Of a stretch of 64,000 nt of DNA, positions 48,401 through 61,694 are shown piece after piece. The translations under genes were made by a program, and so were the position numbers. The stretch comes from Chlorokybus atmophyticus (Eukaryota; Plantae; Mesostigma and Chlorokybus algae): positions 949,267 through 1,013,266 of the forward strand of contig RHPI01001116.1 of NCBI GenBank assembly GCA_009103225.1, in the 5' to 3' direction. Positions within the stretch are counted from its first letter, which is position 1. Every line of letters begins with the position of its first letter. The notes under the pieces were generated by a model. The model ran no database searches. It saw nothing but the letters and a program-made list of their open reading frames with translations, and was not told the origin of the DNA.

Positions 48401-51400
48401 GCAGAGGGGTGCAACACAGCAGTCCTGTGGTAAAGGTGAGGTTTACCTCTGATCGAGTACTTACGGATGATAGCTGAGTTGCACTTGTATATACTTGTGG
48501 CATCCAGCTAAACTTGTGCAACATCTGCAGTATGTCACTGTATGCGTATTGCTTCAACTCTTCAAAGGGATTGCGGCAGCTCTTGATGCCATCAAGCAAG
48601 CTACATCCGGCGATGGTTCCAGCATAGCAGGCTCTGATCATCCTCGTGATGATCAGTGGCAGTCGTTTGGTCGCAGCATTGCTTTGGCATTGCGAGCATA
48701 CCTTCCCGATCCACAAACACTGCTCGCCTTGCATGCCTGGGTGGAATCCAAGGAGAGAGTTGATAGCACTGCACAGTCTACCAATCTTGATGATACCCAA
48801 AACAACGCTGGTGACAACATTGGGCGTGGAGCATTGCAGTTGCTGCATACTCGCCTTGTGGAGCTGCTTGCACAGTACCAGGTAATTTGTTACTATCAGG
48901 CTGTGAATTGGTGGTAGTTTCAACCTTGTGCCATGGATGCATAATCGGTCACGGTGTTTGTACCTTTTGATTCTCGATGCGTGTCCTGTATATGTGGTTT
49001 TGTTAGCTGACTTGTTTTTGGCAGATGTACCTCCCAGAGGCTATGCTGGATGCCAAGTTTGATGCAACGCGCTTGCTGCCGGCTGACCCGAGGTCGATCT
49101 CAGTGCCACTGCAGCATGCCGTGCTGAAGGTTGTTGCTGCTGCTGTAATTGATGGGTCCCATAATGCTTATGCAGGTGAGTAGGCTCATTTTACAGCTGT
49201 AAGGTACAGCTGCTTGTGCCGCATAAGTGACTGCTACAGCACTTAATGCTAGTTTTCATTTGCTCCAGGGACTGGAAACACAGGTTGTCTGTTGCCATTG
49301 TTGAGGTTGCTTATGTCCACAAAAGCTCCTGAAGTTAGATATCAGGCACGCTCCATTGCACAGCACTTATTGGTCAGCCTGGGAGATTTTGCTCCTGGAT
49401 CTCTGGAACCTTTACTCTGGCTGGAGCACCTGCCCTCCTCACAACTGCCTGATGAAGCTGCCGATCAACAGCTCAAAGCGGCGGCGCCAGCAGCAGGTGC
49501 CAGGTTTGTTGCTGTGCCCTTGGAACGTGAAAAGCACAAGGTTGACATTAAAATCGTTTTCACCCACCAGTTGTTTGCAGATGCCGTTGCAGTGTTCTTG
49601 GCAACAGCTGTAACTACCGTTGTGAGGAAGCCATACAAGTACCTCAGTGGGATGCAGACAATGTTGCAAGCGACTTGTCCAGAAGTGAACGAGCTTTCTC
49701 AGCTAGAATTTGGGACATTGGTGTTGGTAGCATTGGAGAGCTGCGCCAAGGTGCTGCAGTCGAACTCCATGACTATAACTCAGCGCACATCCGTCGGCTG
49801 CTATGTTGCTGGAGTTTTAGCTGCACTGATCCAGGTTCAGGTAGGCAACACACTGACTCTATTCGCTTCTCCATTCATCTCTCATCTCACAACAATGTGT
49901 GCCCTTGCACATATCCTGCAGGGCATACCAAAGCATCTGTCATCAGTTGTGACGAGTGTTTTGTCACCTTTGCTGGTGGACAGCACCAAGCATGACTTTG
50001 CTTGGTTGCCATTGTCGGAGCTGCGTCACTTTGCGTCTTCCATTCTTAGCAATGCTCCCAGCCAGGTTTCTTCAGACAGTGGTGATGTAGAGAGCACGCG
50101 CGCTGTTCTTGCAAGTCTGCCAGCTCTCCGGGCTGCTGATCAAGGTCCGGAGGCAGATTACGCATACAGTCACGCATTGAGCGCCGCTTTGCTATCCTCC
50201 ACACCCGACACGGTGTCAATTCTCCTCCCACAAACTGCAGAGGCCTGCACCCATTTACCTGGGAAGAACTTCGCACCGTTGAAGCAGTATTGCCTTGGGC
50301 ATCCCATGTTTCAGTTCCAGCGTAACCATCTGGTCCAAGCTGTGCAGCTGCTAGGTGACGAGGATGTTCCGAAAGGAATGCATTCGCAGGCACTTCAGAC
50401 AGCATCTGTTGCCCAGTTCTTGCTGTCAATGTCACTTCTGCAGTGGACAACCATCCTCGCCAAGTCGACTGATAGCTCTCTGCCGGTGATTGCCTTTCCC
50501 GCTCTGTCGTCTTTGGCACAGCGTGTACCGGATGAGCTTCGTCCTCTTTGCGCAAGGATGCTCTTGTTCTGGATGGCACGGATATCATTGCTGATGACGG
50601 ATGACATCACCAACCATCTGCGGGCTTGCTTCAGTCTGCTCGAGGTTCTGATGTTTAGAGCGCACGGTTCTGCAGCTTCTGACACTACTGCTGTCCCGCA
50701 AGTGACGTTGATGCCGGACTTGCAACTGCTCCAAACAGTGCTCAAGCACCCCTTCTTGTTGCGCACGTTTTGCGCCGCCCCGACAGATTCACATATCGTT
50801 CGTATGCCAGCTCAGCAAGCTGTCATTGACCTGCATGTTGCATCCCTTGTGCAACGGCTTCTGAAGACCTGTGTATCTATCAGCACACATGGCGGGTCGG
50901 CTTTTCATGACTTTGTGCAGCTATGCAAAAGCCTGTGTGCTCCATACGTGCAATGCGCCGTTGCCGGCTTGATATATGCATTGGAGCGGGGAGCTCTCCT
51001 TCAAGACATGCCCGCGGGGTTGCCGCCCCATCTGCTCTGTGGTTATGCGCTTGCAGAGCATAGCTCGCCTGACATGTTGAGCAGGTTGCTGCGGTTTGTG
51101 TTTCCCATGAAAAGCAATGTGGCATCTCGCAAGGCCGCTTATACTTCTCTGGCTCTCCAGTTAGCACACGCAGTGTCGCAGTCAGATGCTGCTATCGTTG
51201 GAGATATGGTACCTGTTGCTTATAAAGGCGCGCTGCAGCTGTTCAACACTGTACCAGCCTCGCCCTCAGCTTCAGAGTGTCTGCTTGGTTTTCTGCTGAA
51301 CTCTTCATATGACCTAGCCGCTGTTACACCACTAGCGTCGCTGCACTCCGCCAGTATGCATCCGCAGAGCGTAACCACTGCGATTGTCGTTCACCTCATG

Positions 51401-54400
51401 AAGAGTTCAAGGGCCTTCTTCATGAAGTTTGCTGAGACCATGCAGAAAACACCACAAGCCACTCCAATACTTCTTCCTGCTGTTGACACATGGCTGGCGT
51501 TGCGAGACAGCAACGGTGAGGAAGCTTCATCATGGGTTGAACAGTTGGTGAGCCGTCTGGCATTGGGTACAGATTGGGCCCATGGAGTTGCAGCAGACCT
51601 GTTTCCATCATTGTTATCAGCACTTGAGCAATATCTGAAGCTGCAGCCCGATGCCTCCATCAGGTATGGCTTGTATTCTCTACAGGCTTTCTCTTATTTA
51701 ACAAAGCATAACTGTAATTCGTCCTGGCAGGCGCAAACTCCTCAAGCGTGTGCTACCCGCCAAAGCATGGCCTGTCAATCAGCCTGTAGCTGCACAGCAG
51801 TGCATGGAGCTTGCAGAACTGCTTGTCGCTGAGGGCGCTGATGAAACTCAGAGCACAGCAGTGGTGCGGTTATTGAAGGCAGCTATGGCATCCCTCGGTT
51901 TGGTATACAGCTCAAAGCGCCAGGAAATGCCTTCACCATCACAGAAGGCTTGTTTTGGGTCTACACTGCTGCGCAGTTTGGGTGCGCTGACCTTGTTGTA
52001 ACTCTGATCTGCGCTGCTCACACTGTGTTTGTATATACTGTATTAACTGTTTGCGATGTATGATATGACTGGGGTCCGCACTTGCAGATAAAACTTCTGC
52101 AATGCTATCATTGGAGTCTCTACAACACCTGGCTGTGACCACCGTCAAGTCCTACATTGTGGCTACTCTGCGATACCAATTCGGTTCTGCCAGCAGCCTC
52201 AGGGCATTGCGCAGGTTGCTGCAGCAGTTGCTGCGACTGTTGAAGGTATGCTTGTATACGAGGGGAGTATCAAGCCTTGCACAGCTTCTTACGCTTCATC
52301 TGCAAACATTGATATGCATCAGTGCTGTTGCACTGCACTGGCTGTGCTGCATCCGGAGTAAGATTTAGACTCCTTACAGGATGGCAGCAGTGCGCTTGTC
52401 CAGCAGTATGCGGAGGCCGCGGCTGAAGCTGTGGAGCTGGTCACATCCCACTCTCAGTTTGTTCATGCGATGTTCTCCTCTCCCGCGCCAGCAGTGCCCG
52501 CCTTGGCAAGGGTTAGCTCCGGTTCATTCTCCAGCTTCCTGCCTTTGGCTGACTTCTTGGGCTCACAGCAGCCAAGAAGGTGCGCTACATACCTTTGTCT
52601 CTCTATCTGTACCTCTGTTGTCGTCAGTGCAGGCTCCTGAGTTGGCATGCATGCAGTCATGTGGCACCGGCCTTGGGGCATGACCCGTCTGGAGGGGGAG
52701 CCAAGTGCAAGCTAGAGTTGGTTCAGCTGTTACGTGTGCTGCTCACGCTGCGCAGCTGTCACGCCGCTCCTATGGACAAGCTCGACGCGCACCTGCTGCC
52801 GCTGCTGCTCGCAGCATACAGCGGGACGGTGTCCACGCTGGATTGCTGCCTGCTGGATCTGATACTCACCGTGGACATGGTAAACGGCGGTGGTGGACTC
52901 GTGGCTCACAGCTACTTATTCGGAGAGGCCGCCAAGCAGGCGCATGTTGAGTCGGGAGCTGAGACAGACCTTCAACACGGAACTTCTGATGCTGCTATGC
53001 AGTCGGGGCAATTTCGCGAGTTGGCTCCCATTGATGCCGCACGTTGCGGGCTCACTTGTGCATATTTCCCACGTGAACGTGACATTCCCGCTGCTCCGCC
53101 TTTGCTCGACCATGACATGATACCCGAACCTGTTGTAGGCTCAGAAGAAGGTCAGTGCTGGTGGCTGTGTTCTGGCATGCTTTCAACAGTGCTTTTGATA
53201 GTGGTCTCCAATGACGTAATTGTCGATGCAGAGTTGAGGCAGTGTGCGTACGATCCCTCGTTTCTGCTGCCAGCAGCCGCGCACGCTCTCACGCACAAGC
53301 TCATTGAGGCGTCTGATTTTGCCAAAGGGGGTTTGCTGTCTGTCACATTGTGTGCGCTGGCCAGTAAGAATCAGGGCATCCGCATGGTGGCGTATGAGCT
53401 GTTGGGGCTGTATATGGAACTGCTGGAGGTACTGCTTTGCCACTGCTTTTATGCATTAAGCATGTGGAGTTAATAGCTCACAAATCCATTCGGCCGGTCT
53501 GCTAGCAGGCTCAAGAGATAACAAGTGAGCAGGCTGATGAACACACGCCGCAGCGAAGCAGTTTCAAAGAGCGTTTGCAGGTATGCATGCATCAGCATGC
53601 GTCAACTGGTGCAACCAAGACATGTGCGCGCGTGTCATGCAAGCAGTGTGTGATGGGTTGGGTTGTTGTTAATCTTCTCAGGTTAGCATGCTGTTGGACT
53701 GCTTGAAAGCCGCCATAACAGACTCATTCCAGCGCGTGCCCGCCATCACGGCCACGTTTGCCGCGGAGGCTGTGTTGGTCCTGCAGCATCCTGAGCATCC
53801 CCTGTGCACAACAATCTACAAGTTTTTGGCCAAGAAGCCCGCATTAGACTTGCATGACGTGCCTCTGTTCCTGCCTCTGCTTCACAGCGGATCGCCCAAA
53901 CACCGCGCGGAGCGCCTGTGGCTGCTGCGCCTGCTACTGGCGTCCACGCAGTCGGCCAAAGACGGCGCTGTGTTCCGACGACGCTTTGTCTTTGAGCTGC
54001 TTGCCAGCTTCGTGGACTCATCGTTGTGTGATGCATTCCAAAGGCGACTCATCTTGCAGGTTGGCATGTCAACAGCTGTGTGTTGGCTGTTCAGCACTAT
54101 CAACTTGTGCGTCCTGTCGCACTTTTGTTGGTGGAAGCACTGTTACATGCTGAGCTGACCACTTACTGGTGGAATCCTGTATGTAGACAGTGTGCAAAGC
54201 GACACGCATCCCAACCTGTGCGCTGGATCTAGTGGCGAATGCGGGCTTGCTGCAGTGGCTCCTCAGCAGCGCAGAGACCGCGCTTGGCGCATGCCATGCT
54301 GGCGAAATTTCTCACAATGAAGCTGTCACGACCATTGGCTTGGTGGTTCGGTCGCTTCAGGAGCTGATAAATCTGAAGCCGCTGAGACGCACCGACACGG

Positions 54401-55899
54401 CCATGGAGCACGTACACAGCTTCGCTCACAGCGCAGTCAAGCTGCTGACGGCTTTAGGTAACATGTGGTCTGTCTTTTCCATTGGTCATGAGGCCAGTAA
54501 CAATCTTGCTGCACCATAGAGTCAATCCTGCTACTGAGTGGTTAGTATAGTGTGGCTTGCACGCTGTGACATATTTCGTTTTGCCTGAATGGTGTCTGCA
54601 TACCATCACGACATTGCCACCTGGTTCAAGGATGCATACTGGCTATGTGGTGAATCAACTCGACATGTGGCAGTGTCACGGACGACACCTCAAGACGTTG
54701 TTGCCGGCGTAAGCGAGTGCGTGCTTCAGTATGCCGCATCCGTGTACAAGACGCATCAGCGGCACCGCTTCGCAGAGTGCCTCACTCTTCCCCTACCTCT
54801 TGCAACCGATGTGATTGCGCACTTTGACTCGCATCAACAACTACTCGTGCTGGAGCTTCTGCTCAGTGCGCGGCCGCCCGGAAAGGCCGCTGCTACAACG
54901 CAAGCTGGATTTCTATCAGAAATTCTGCATTGGGTTCTGAGTACCGCAGCAGCGCAACCTGAGAGTGACAACAAAGCACCAGCCGGCACACAGCTGACAA
55001 AGAAAGAAAGTTGGGCTGAAAAGGCGCTTCGTTGGGCAGCGGCCGCCTTGGCTGCTGGAGGGCCTGTGCTGGTGTTGAAGCTGGTAGGTGTTGATGTGTT
55101 TGTGTCTTCATTTTGGCCGAGCATGTTGGGTGCATGTGTTGGCCAACGTGTTGTGGTGAGTTGTGGTTCAGGAGCCCCAGTTCAATGCGCTATTGCAAGC
55201 ACTACTGAAAGCCCACGTCAGTGTTCCAGCCGCGCAGAGCATGCGAGCATTAACCCCGTTGGCAGCGGCATTGACGCTGCTCTCCGGGCCAAAGATTGCT
55301 GGCAGCCTTGCCGCCGATGCCCTCATGATCTTGCTGGATGTCATTCCGCTACCATTGGAAGTTGATGAGAAGTTCAAGTGGCAGTTTGAAGCCACTCGAA
55401 CCCCAACAGAGCTCGACCGGTTTTATCAAAGCATTGCAAGCATAATTGTGCTTCTGCTGCGGGGGTCGCTTGCAGGTGGGTGCAAGGTAGCAACCTTACC
55501 AGTGTACTTATGCGTGGTGCGTATGTTGAGTTGTGTGTTCTGGCAGGGGTGCATGACGACCAAACTCTGTATCTGATGCGGCGCTATTCAAGCGCATTAC
55601 CAGATGCGCAAACAGAATGGCGCGCACGCCTAAGTGAAGTGTGTCGGCAAGTGGAAGAAGTGTTGCTGCGGATAGCGGGTTTGCCAACATCACCAGAATC
55701 ATTGGCACGCAACAAAGTGAAAATTGCAAATGGACATCAGGATGCAACAACACCAGCTCCAAGCAATGATACAATTGTTGCCAAGCGTAAGGCCATCAAC
55801 CACCGAGTAGAGCAAAATGGAGTTACCGACAAGAAGCGCACAAAGTTTACTGGTCATCCCACATCGAAGCCGAATAGTTCAAAGCAGGCAGTCAATTGA
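45493..55899 (+). CDS. URB1: Nucleolar pre-ribosomal-associated protein 1 (URB1/Npa1), multi-exon
   Basis: Acidic N-terminus, then LQEYLSLSPDCAEL, QLAREVAASFNFT, and LLRSGD...DSDKSVLDVLHTLERHVL (Npa1-like). C-terminus has YDPSFLLP...GLLSVTLCALAS...IRMVAYELL and FQRVPAITATFAAEA...HPEHPL...KFLAKKPALDLHDVPLFLPLLHS...ERLWLLRLL (NopRA1-like). Confidence 0.88.
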
Positions 55900-56292
55900 T
55901 AGTCTCATGATGTTGCAACAATGGATGCACTCTATTGCAGTGATCAACTGCGCACTAGTTATCAGTGCAGCATGGTTGTAACTGAGTGCTTGCTGTGGTG
56001 TTCTCGTAATCCTGGCAATGTTTCGCGCTGTAACTACATCGATCGGATGTGCGAGTGTGTATGCAATTGAGATAAAAGTGGCATACATGAGAAACAGCCT
56101 GCTCATCGTGCATGCTCACGCAACCAGCAAGCAGAGGCAGTGCTGCAGCATGTATATGCAAGCCGTGTAACATGCTTTACTCATCACAATGTACCTATAC
56201 ACCTATACATATTGGATCCCACTGCCCTCAGCCACAACACACCACAACGTGGTTCCTCCCGCAGGTAGCGCAAGTCGCACAGTCGTTATGTA

Positions 56293-57376
56293 TCACCCCA
56301 TTCGCCACTGCATGGCGGGTCCGTCGCGGCCGGAATATTGTGGCGGTTCAGGTTTGGGTCTTGAGGACTGCTCTTCCTTGAGTCGGGCCACCTGGGCTGC
56401 GCTTTTGATGCCGCGCGACTCGTTCTGCTTCTGCCGCGCCTCTGCCGCCGCAAGCACGCGATCGCGCTGATCCGCCGCCGCCACCTCCGCTACAGCCTGT
56501 TGCTCGGCCAATCGCTCCTGCTTCGCCTACACAAGGTGCAACATGCACGAATCAGAGACATGCAAACAACACAGGTGGGGGGATGGTAGAAGTAGCAGGC
56601 TACGTGCGAATAGGCAGCATATAGGTGTGGCAGCCCGGTAAGCCATGCATGCGTGTTGAGGTGTGAGTGTGAACGTTAGTCAATGTCGTAAAGGTTGTGT
56701 ATGCCACTCAGAACCAGCATGTGCAACGTATGCAAAGCATTCAAGTGCATGCTGGAGTTGTGCTTTCAATTTCCTGCAGACATGCATTCACACAAGCACG
56801 CACATGCACGTACGCACACATGTGCATGCACACCCATTACGCACGTACATGTGCCCCCACACACACACATGGACATGTGCGCATACGCATGTCTGTGCTT
56901 GCTTCTGCTTGCAACGCGCACGACAGGTGCATAGCTTGCTTACATATAAGCAGGCAGAGACAATGCCAGCGCCATACCGCAGCAATGTGCGGGTGCCTTC
57001 AGGCCATAATGGCCCGAAAGCACCCGCACGGCAGCACAATGATGACTGAAACCGCCCGTGCACATATTGGTTGATGGTGAACAAACTACAGTGTCAACTC
57101 TGCAGCTCAGATTAGTGTCAACTCAGCATAGATGCAGCTCACATGACCACGACAGAATACAACGAAGTAAAGCAGAGCCGGCCCTTTGGCACTTGCGGCC
57201 ATTATGCATGGCACTTCACACCAAGCCCGCGTCATAAGTAACGCTCAGCCAAATTCTGCATGCGTGTGCGTGTGCGTACAAACCCTAAGGCGGCGGCAAA
57301 CAACAAAAGGAAGTAAAACAGCGCCCTTCACAAGAAAGACGAGTAACCGCACCTCTGTGCTGCCGCAACAACCCAT
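56293..57376 (-). CDS. SVIP: Small VCP/p97-interacting protein (SVIP)-like, 85 aa, 2 exons (57376-57353 and 56526-56293)
   Basis: The splice gives MGCCGSTE|AKQERLAEQQ...RDRVLAAAEARQKQNESRGI...DGPAMQWRMG*. It has an N-terminal MGCC lipidation motif, the AAExRQK..ESRG core and a terminal W typical of SVIP. The intron is phase 0, GT-AG. Confidence 0.78.
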
Positions 57377-58654
57377 CGCCCGGAGCTGAAAACCAAGACG
57401 CTCCTGAACACAACGGCTTTGACGGCGAGCGCCAGCGCCACGGCCGCCGCCGCAACGAGCACCGCCGCCTCCGCCGCCACCTTTGCCGCCGCCGCCGCTG
57501 CTGCGGCAGGAAATACACGTGTCGCTTGCTGATGCGTGGTAGAGACCGGGGCCAAAAAACGCGACGTTGCGAACAGTTCGAATCGCGCGGGAAAGCTGCT
57601 GTTCTGACCTCAGATCACCATGGACATGAAGCGCTTGCTACTACTACCAAATGAATCTGCTCTCCGTCACGGTGTACAGCCAACTCTTTTTGCATAGACA
57701 ATTGGGCCTGCGTACCCGGTGGATGTTAATGGCGACATTTCACATGCATTTGCAACACATTCCACACGCATACCGTATTTATGCGAATACAACCCCCTCT
57801 TACCCCCCCCCCCCCCCCCNNNNNNNNNNNNNNNNNNNNCCCCCCCCCCCATTCGAAAGGGGGCGTTTCAAGCGCGCAGAGAGGGGTCCATTTGCACAAA
57901 TACAGTAGGCTTGCAATTATTGGATGCAAGAGATCATGCTCAACCGCACACGCATGCACCAGCAAAAAGTGAGGCGACAAGAAACAATAAGTACAGGCAA
58001 TTAGCAAAAAAGCAGGGGCAATCATTGGTTTACATGCACCAGTCCAAGTGCATGCAAGGCGAGGCGTGACAAGTGAACATGACACAGGCACTGCAAGGTT
58101 CAATCGACATGTAGGCCTAGGGTAAATGTCCCTAACTTGGGGAGATTTTGAGGTTTTAAGGGTGTAGCGGGCGGGGTAGTTGTTATTTGGCGGACATGTA
58201 TGTGTGTTTTGTGTAGCTTAGGTTTTTCCCTACACAGCCATATTTTTTTTGGATTTTATGACCCATCATAGCGTGAGATACAGCGCGCCAAAGTTGGGGT
58301 GTGAGGGGCGTCAGTTGAAAAGTCCTCAAGCCCTAACTTGGGGACTCGAGACAGCTGCCAAAGGGTGTCAGCCTGTGCCAGCCTTTGGTGATGGCTATCA
58401 CCTTGCACTTCCGCAGCCATTTCGAAGCGGCTGGGGCCTGCTGTGGCAGGCTAGGGTGGCAGGCGCTTCACAACCTTGATTGCTGTGATGTGCAGGCCAT
58501 CCCCTTGCAGGCATTCTTTGCCGGCAAGGCGTTGGCTTTGGCGGCAAACAATGCTCAGTCTCTGCAAGGTTGCATGCAAGGCGGCACTTGCATGAGGGAG
58601 TGGGCGTCCTGCTTAGAGGCGGCATGCATGAGGGAGCGGCATGCATGAGGTTCA

Positions 58655-58656
<2 letters not shown>

Positions 58657-58718
<62 letters not shown>
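58657..58718. repeat. (GT)31 microsatellite within the pogo element
   Basis: Direct reading. Confidence 0.95.
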
Positions 58719-58720
<2 letters not shown>

Positions 58721-58768
58721 AAGGAATGAGAGTGAAGCAGCTGTTCCTGTCTACCTAGTCCTAGCTGT

Positions 58769-60970
58769 CTAGGTAAGGGTGCTCAAGTGTCTTGGCCGGT
58801 TTGGCCTTGTTCTCCAGCGTGCGCCCGCCTCCTTGGCCTGTGGGTTGGGGCTAGGATCAACACGCAGGTGGCGCTCGGCGAATGCTTCTGCATAATCCCA
58901 CAGGGGGTCGCCCAACTGGTTCTCACACATTATTGGGTTCCACTCGTAGCGCATGATAATCTCTGCGGCTTCTCTGGCTGTCCTCTCTCTCTGTTCCAGC
59001 TCTGCTCGCCTTGCTTGTTCTTGTGCTGCTTGCTTCTCTGCTGCTTCACGCTTTTCCTCAGCTTGTTCTTCAGCCCTTGCTTGCTTGCGCTGCTCTTTCT
59101 CCCTCTCTTTCAGCATCTTCTTGAGCGCAGATGCCTTCTTTTTTGCTGCTGTTTTCTCTGCCCTGGCTGCAGCTTCTTGCTCTGGTTGTGTCTTGCATTA
59201 CTTGGCTGCCTCTTTGCGTGCTTGAATTGCTTCAACTTTTGCTGCCTTCTCTGCATCCTGCCTCTCCAGCTCCTCAGCGATCTCATGAGCAGTCAACAGC
59301 TGTGCTGTCGTCGCACCCCTCCTTTTCTTGGCTGGTGCCTCTGTGTTGAGTGTGCTGTCCTCTGGGGCGTTGGGGTTGTTGTTTTCAGTTGCATCTCCTG
59401 CCTCTATCGCCTCCAGGAGGCATGAGAGGCCTGGGGGTGGTGGGGGTGCCTCTGTGTCCGTAAAGTACTTGTCCAATGCATGCTTGTTGAGCGGCCACAA
59501 TCCACAAGCTCGAAAGCCTGCGATGATGTTGGCAGGGGACAGTCCAGCGTAGTAGGGGTTGACGAGGAGCCTGAGGAATTCTTTGCGGTTGAGCTCGAAG
59601 TTATACCTGGTTTTCATCCGCTTCCTATACTCCTTGCTGTATGCTTCCTTGAAAGGGTGGAAGCATGAAACGTCCAACACTTGCAGGCGGTGTGTTGTGT
59701 GTGGTGGCAAGACAAGGATGTGAAGTCCCTTGTCTTGTGCATAGCGGATCATGCGGGGGTTGTACCTTGAAACGTGACCATCCACCACTAACAGCGCAGG
59801 CCTGGAAGGACTCACCCCTCCAGGAAACCACTTAACAACTTTGCGGATCCAGAGCTCAAAGGATATCAGTTGTCATCTAGGCGTTCTCCTGCGCGGCAAA
59901 CCTGGCTCCTGGGACGTCAAAGTCCTTGGCATCAACAGTAAGCCTCTGTCCTTTGATGATCACAAGAGGAGGTACTGCAAGTCCTGTGACTGCGCACATC
60001 AACGTGATGTGCTCTCTGCTGCCCGTGGTTGAACATTGTGCCCACTTGGCTCCACTGCATGCAACAGCACAATCAGCATTGCATGCTTGCATATGCATCT
60101 AAGTGGGTAATGCATGTGTGCATACTTATGCGTAAGCAAAGCAACTGTTTACCTTTCGCAGATGATTCTTTGGTTTTGCATGCTAGTGTCTGGCTCTATC
60201 CCAACCTCGTCCGCTGATATGATACGCTCAGGTCCAACCCCCAGTTTGGTGACAGTCTCGGCCAGAAGCTCAAAGTAGTGGTACACAATGTCCTTGCGCA
60301 GGGAGACCCTCCTGGACTTATCAAGGGGTTCTGCCTTCCTGCTGGTCAACCCCTTCCTCCTTCTCAAACCAGAAAACCACTTCAGACCAGGTACTCCATT
60401 CTTGAACAGGCTTGCTCTTTAATCACCCACAAGACGCTTGCCTGCCTCGATGCACACCTCCGTCCATGTTACTCCTCTCCCTCACTTATTGCGGAATATC
60501 ACCCACTCTGCTAAGTCATTCTCTTCTGCCTCCGTAAAGATGGTGGCAGCACCTGGTCCCCTATTGTGCATACACTTGTATTACACCCTATTGACTAACA
60601 CTTCAGCTGGCAGTGCATAAGAAAGGGGCTTACTTGTAAAGGGAGAGGTCTGATTGAGCCAGGAACCTGCGCATGGTGGTGTCGGGGATGCCAAGATCTT
60701 TCACAGCATCACTGACTTGCATGCAGCCCTGGTTGATGGAGGAGACAGCCCTCTGAATGTCCTCCATCCGGTCCTGGTATGTGGTGTAGTAACGCTTGCG
60801 CTTGTTGGCAGATGGGGTTTTGGCCTTCACTCGCTTGCCCTGGCCGAGTGCAGCAGAGTGCATCAGCACAAGGATGCAAACGAGGGTGGTCTGAGTGGCA
60901 ACTGTCACAGTGATGACAAACATGCCAATGCATGTGCAACACCCACCCTTGCAGAGCTGCGAGTCACCAT
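58769..60970 (-). pseudogene. Intron-containing pogo-type transposase (HTH_psq-like, CENP-B-like HTH, DDE_1) with a charged C-terminal tail
   Basis: Spliced product MVTRSSAR|GKRVK...IQRAVSSINQG...DLGIPDTTMRRF|...FTEAEENDLAEWV...ISADEVG|...HITLMCAV...PPLVIIKG...LLVVDGHVSRY...LVLPPHTTHRLQVLDVSCFHPFK. In-frame stops near NK*GR, GD*RA and ENA*MT, plus a frameshift. Confidence 0.88.
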
Positions 60971-61694
60971 GCCCCATGTTGTAGAAGTGGTAGAGTAGTT
61001 GTAGAGGTGGTAGAGTAGTTGTAACTTTGCTGCAGTAGCACTCTAATTGTGTAATGCAACTCTGTTTGTCTCTCTCGGACTGCCACACATGCACTTTGCC
61101 TTCACACTCTCACTTGCTTGCCCTCTCCACACCCTCCCCGCTAACCTCACAGAAGCATGACCTCACACCAACTGCAACACACACTCCACCAGTGAGTGAT
61201 TGTGGGTGTGCAAAGTGCACTGCAACAACCAACAACACGCCCCACCAAGTTACAGCATCCACAATAGCCATTTCTACAACTTCACTTTTTGATCAATGCG
61301 TTGCGCGTTATCCCCAAAAATAGGGTCATGCTAACTCTCTCATTTTCGCGTGAAACTTCATGGAACTTGGTAAACAAGCTCTTAAATCCTACCAAAACCG
61401 AACAAAAAAAACACCATATCAACTGGCGTTTATACAAGAGAGTTATGATCAAACAAAATATAGTAAGACAACACCCCGTTTGAATCAGCATAATTATTTA
61501 ATTTGAAAATTCAAAACTCCCGCTCTACTTGGCCGTTTGGCAAGGTCTTAGGTTCGTTAGGTAGCTCTCGGCCAGCGCTATCCCGGCCTATATTTTGGCC
61601 GGCAAAGACCAACTAGACCGCCAGTTATGGCCAAAAAACGGCCAATCCCCAAGTTAGGGCCCATTCCCAAGTTAGGGACATTTACCCTAGCATA

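Larger units (their letters stand above)
58120..61687 (-). mobile_element. pogo/Fot1-like (Tc1/mariner superfamily) DNA transposon, complete ends, transposase pseudogenised
   Basis: Perfect 22-bp TIRs GGGTAAATGTCCCTAACTTGGG (58120-58141 and 61666-61687), flanked by TA on both sides. Subterminal copies of GCCCTAACTTGGG lie at about 58330 and about 61648. Confidence 0.93.
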
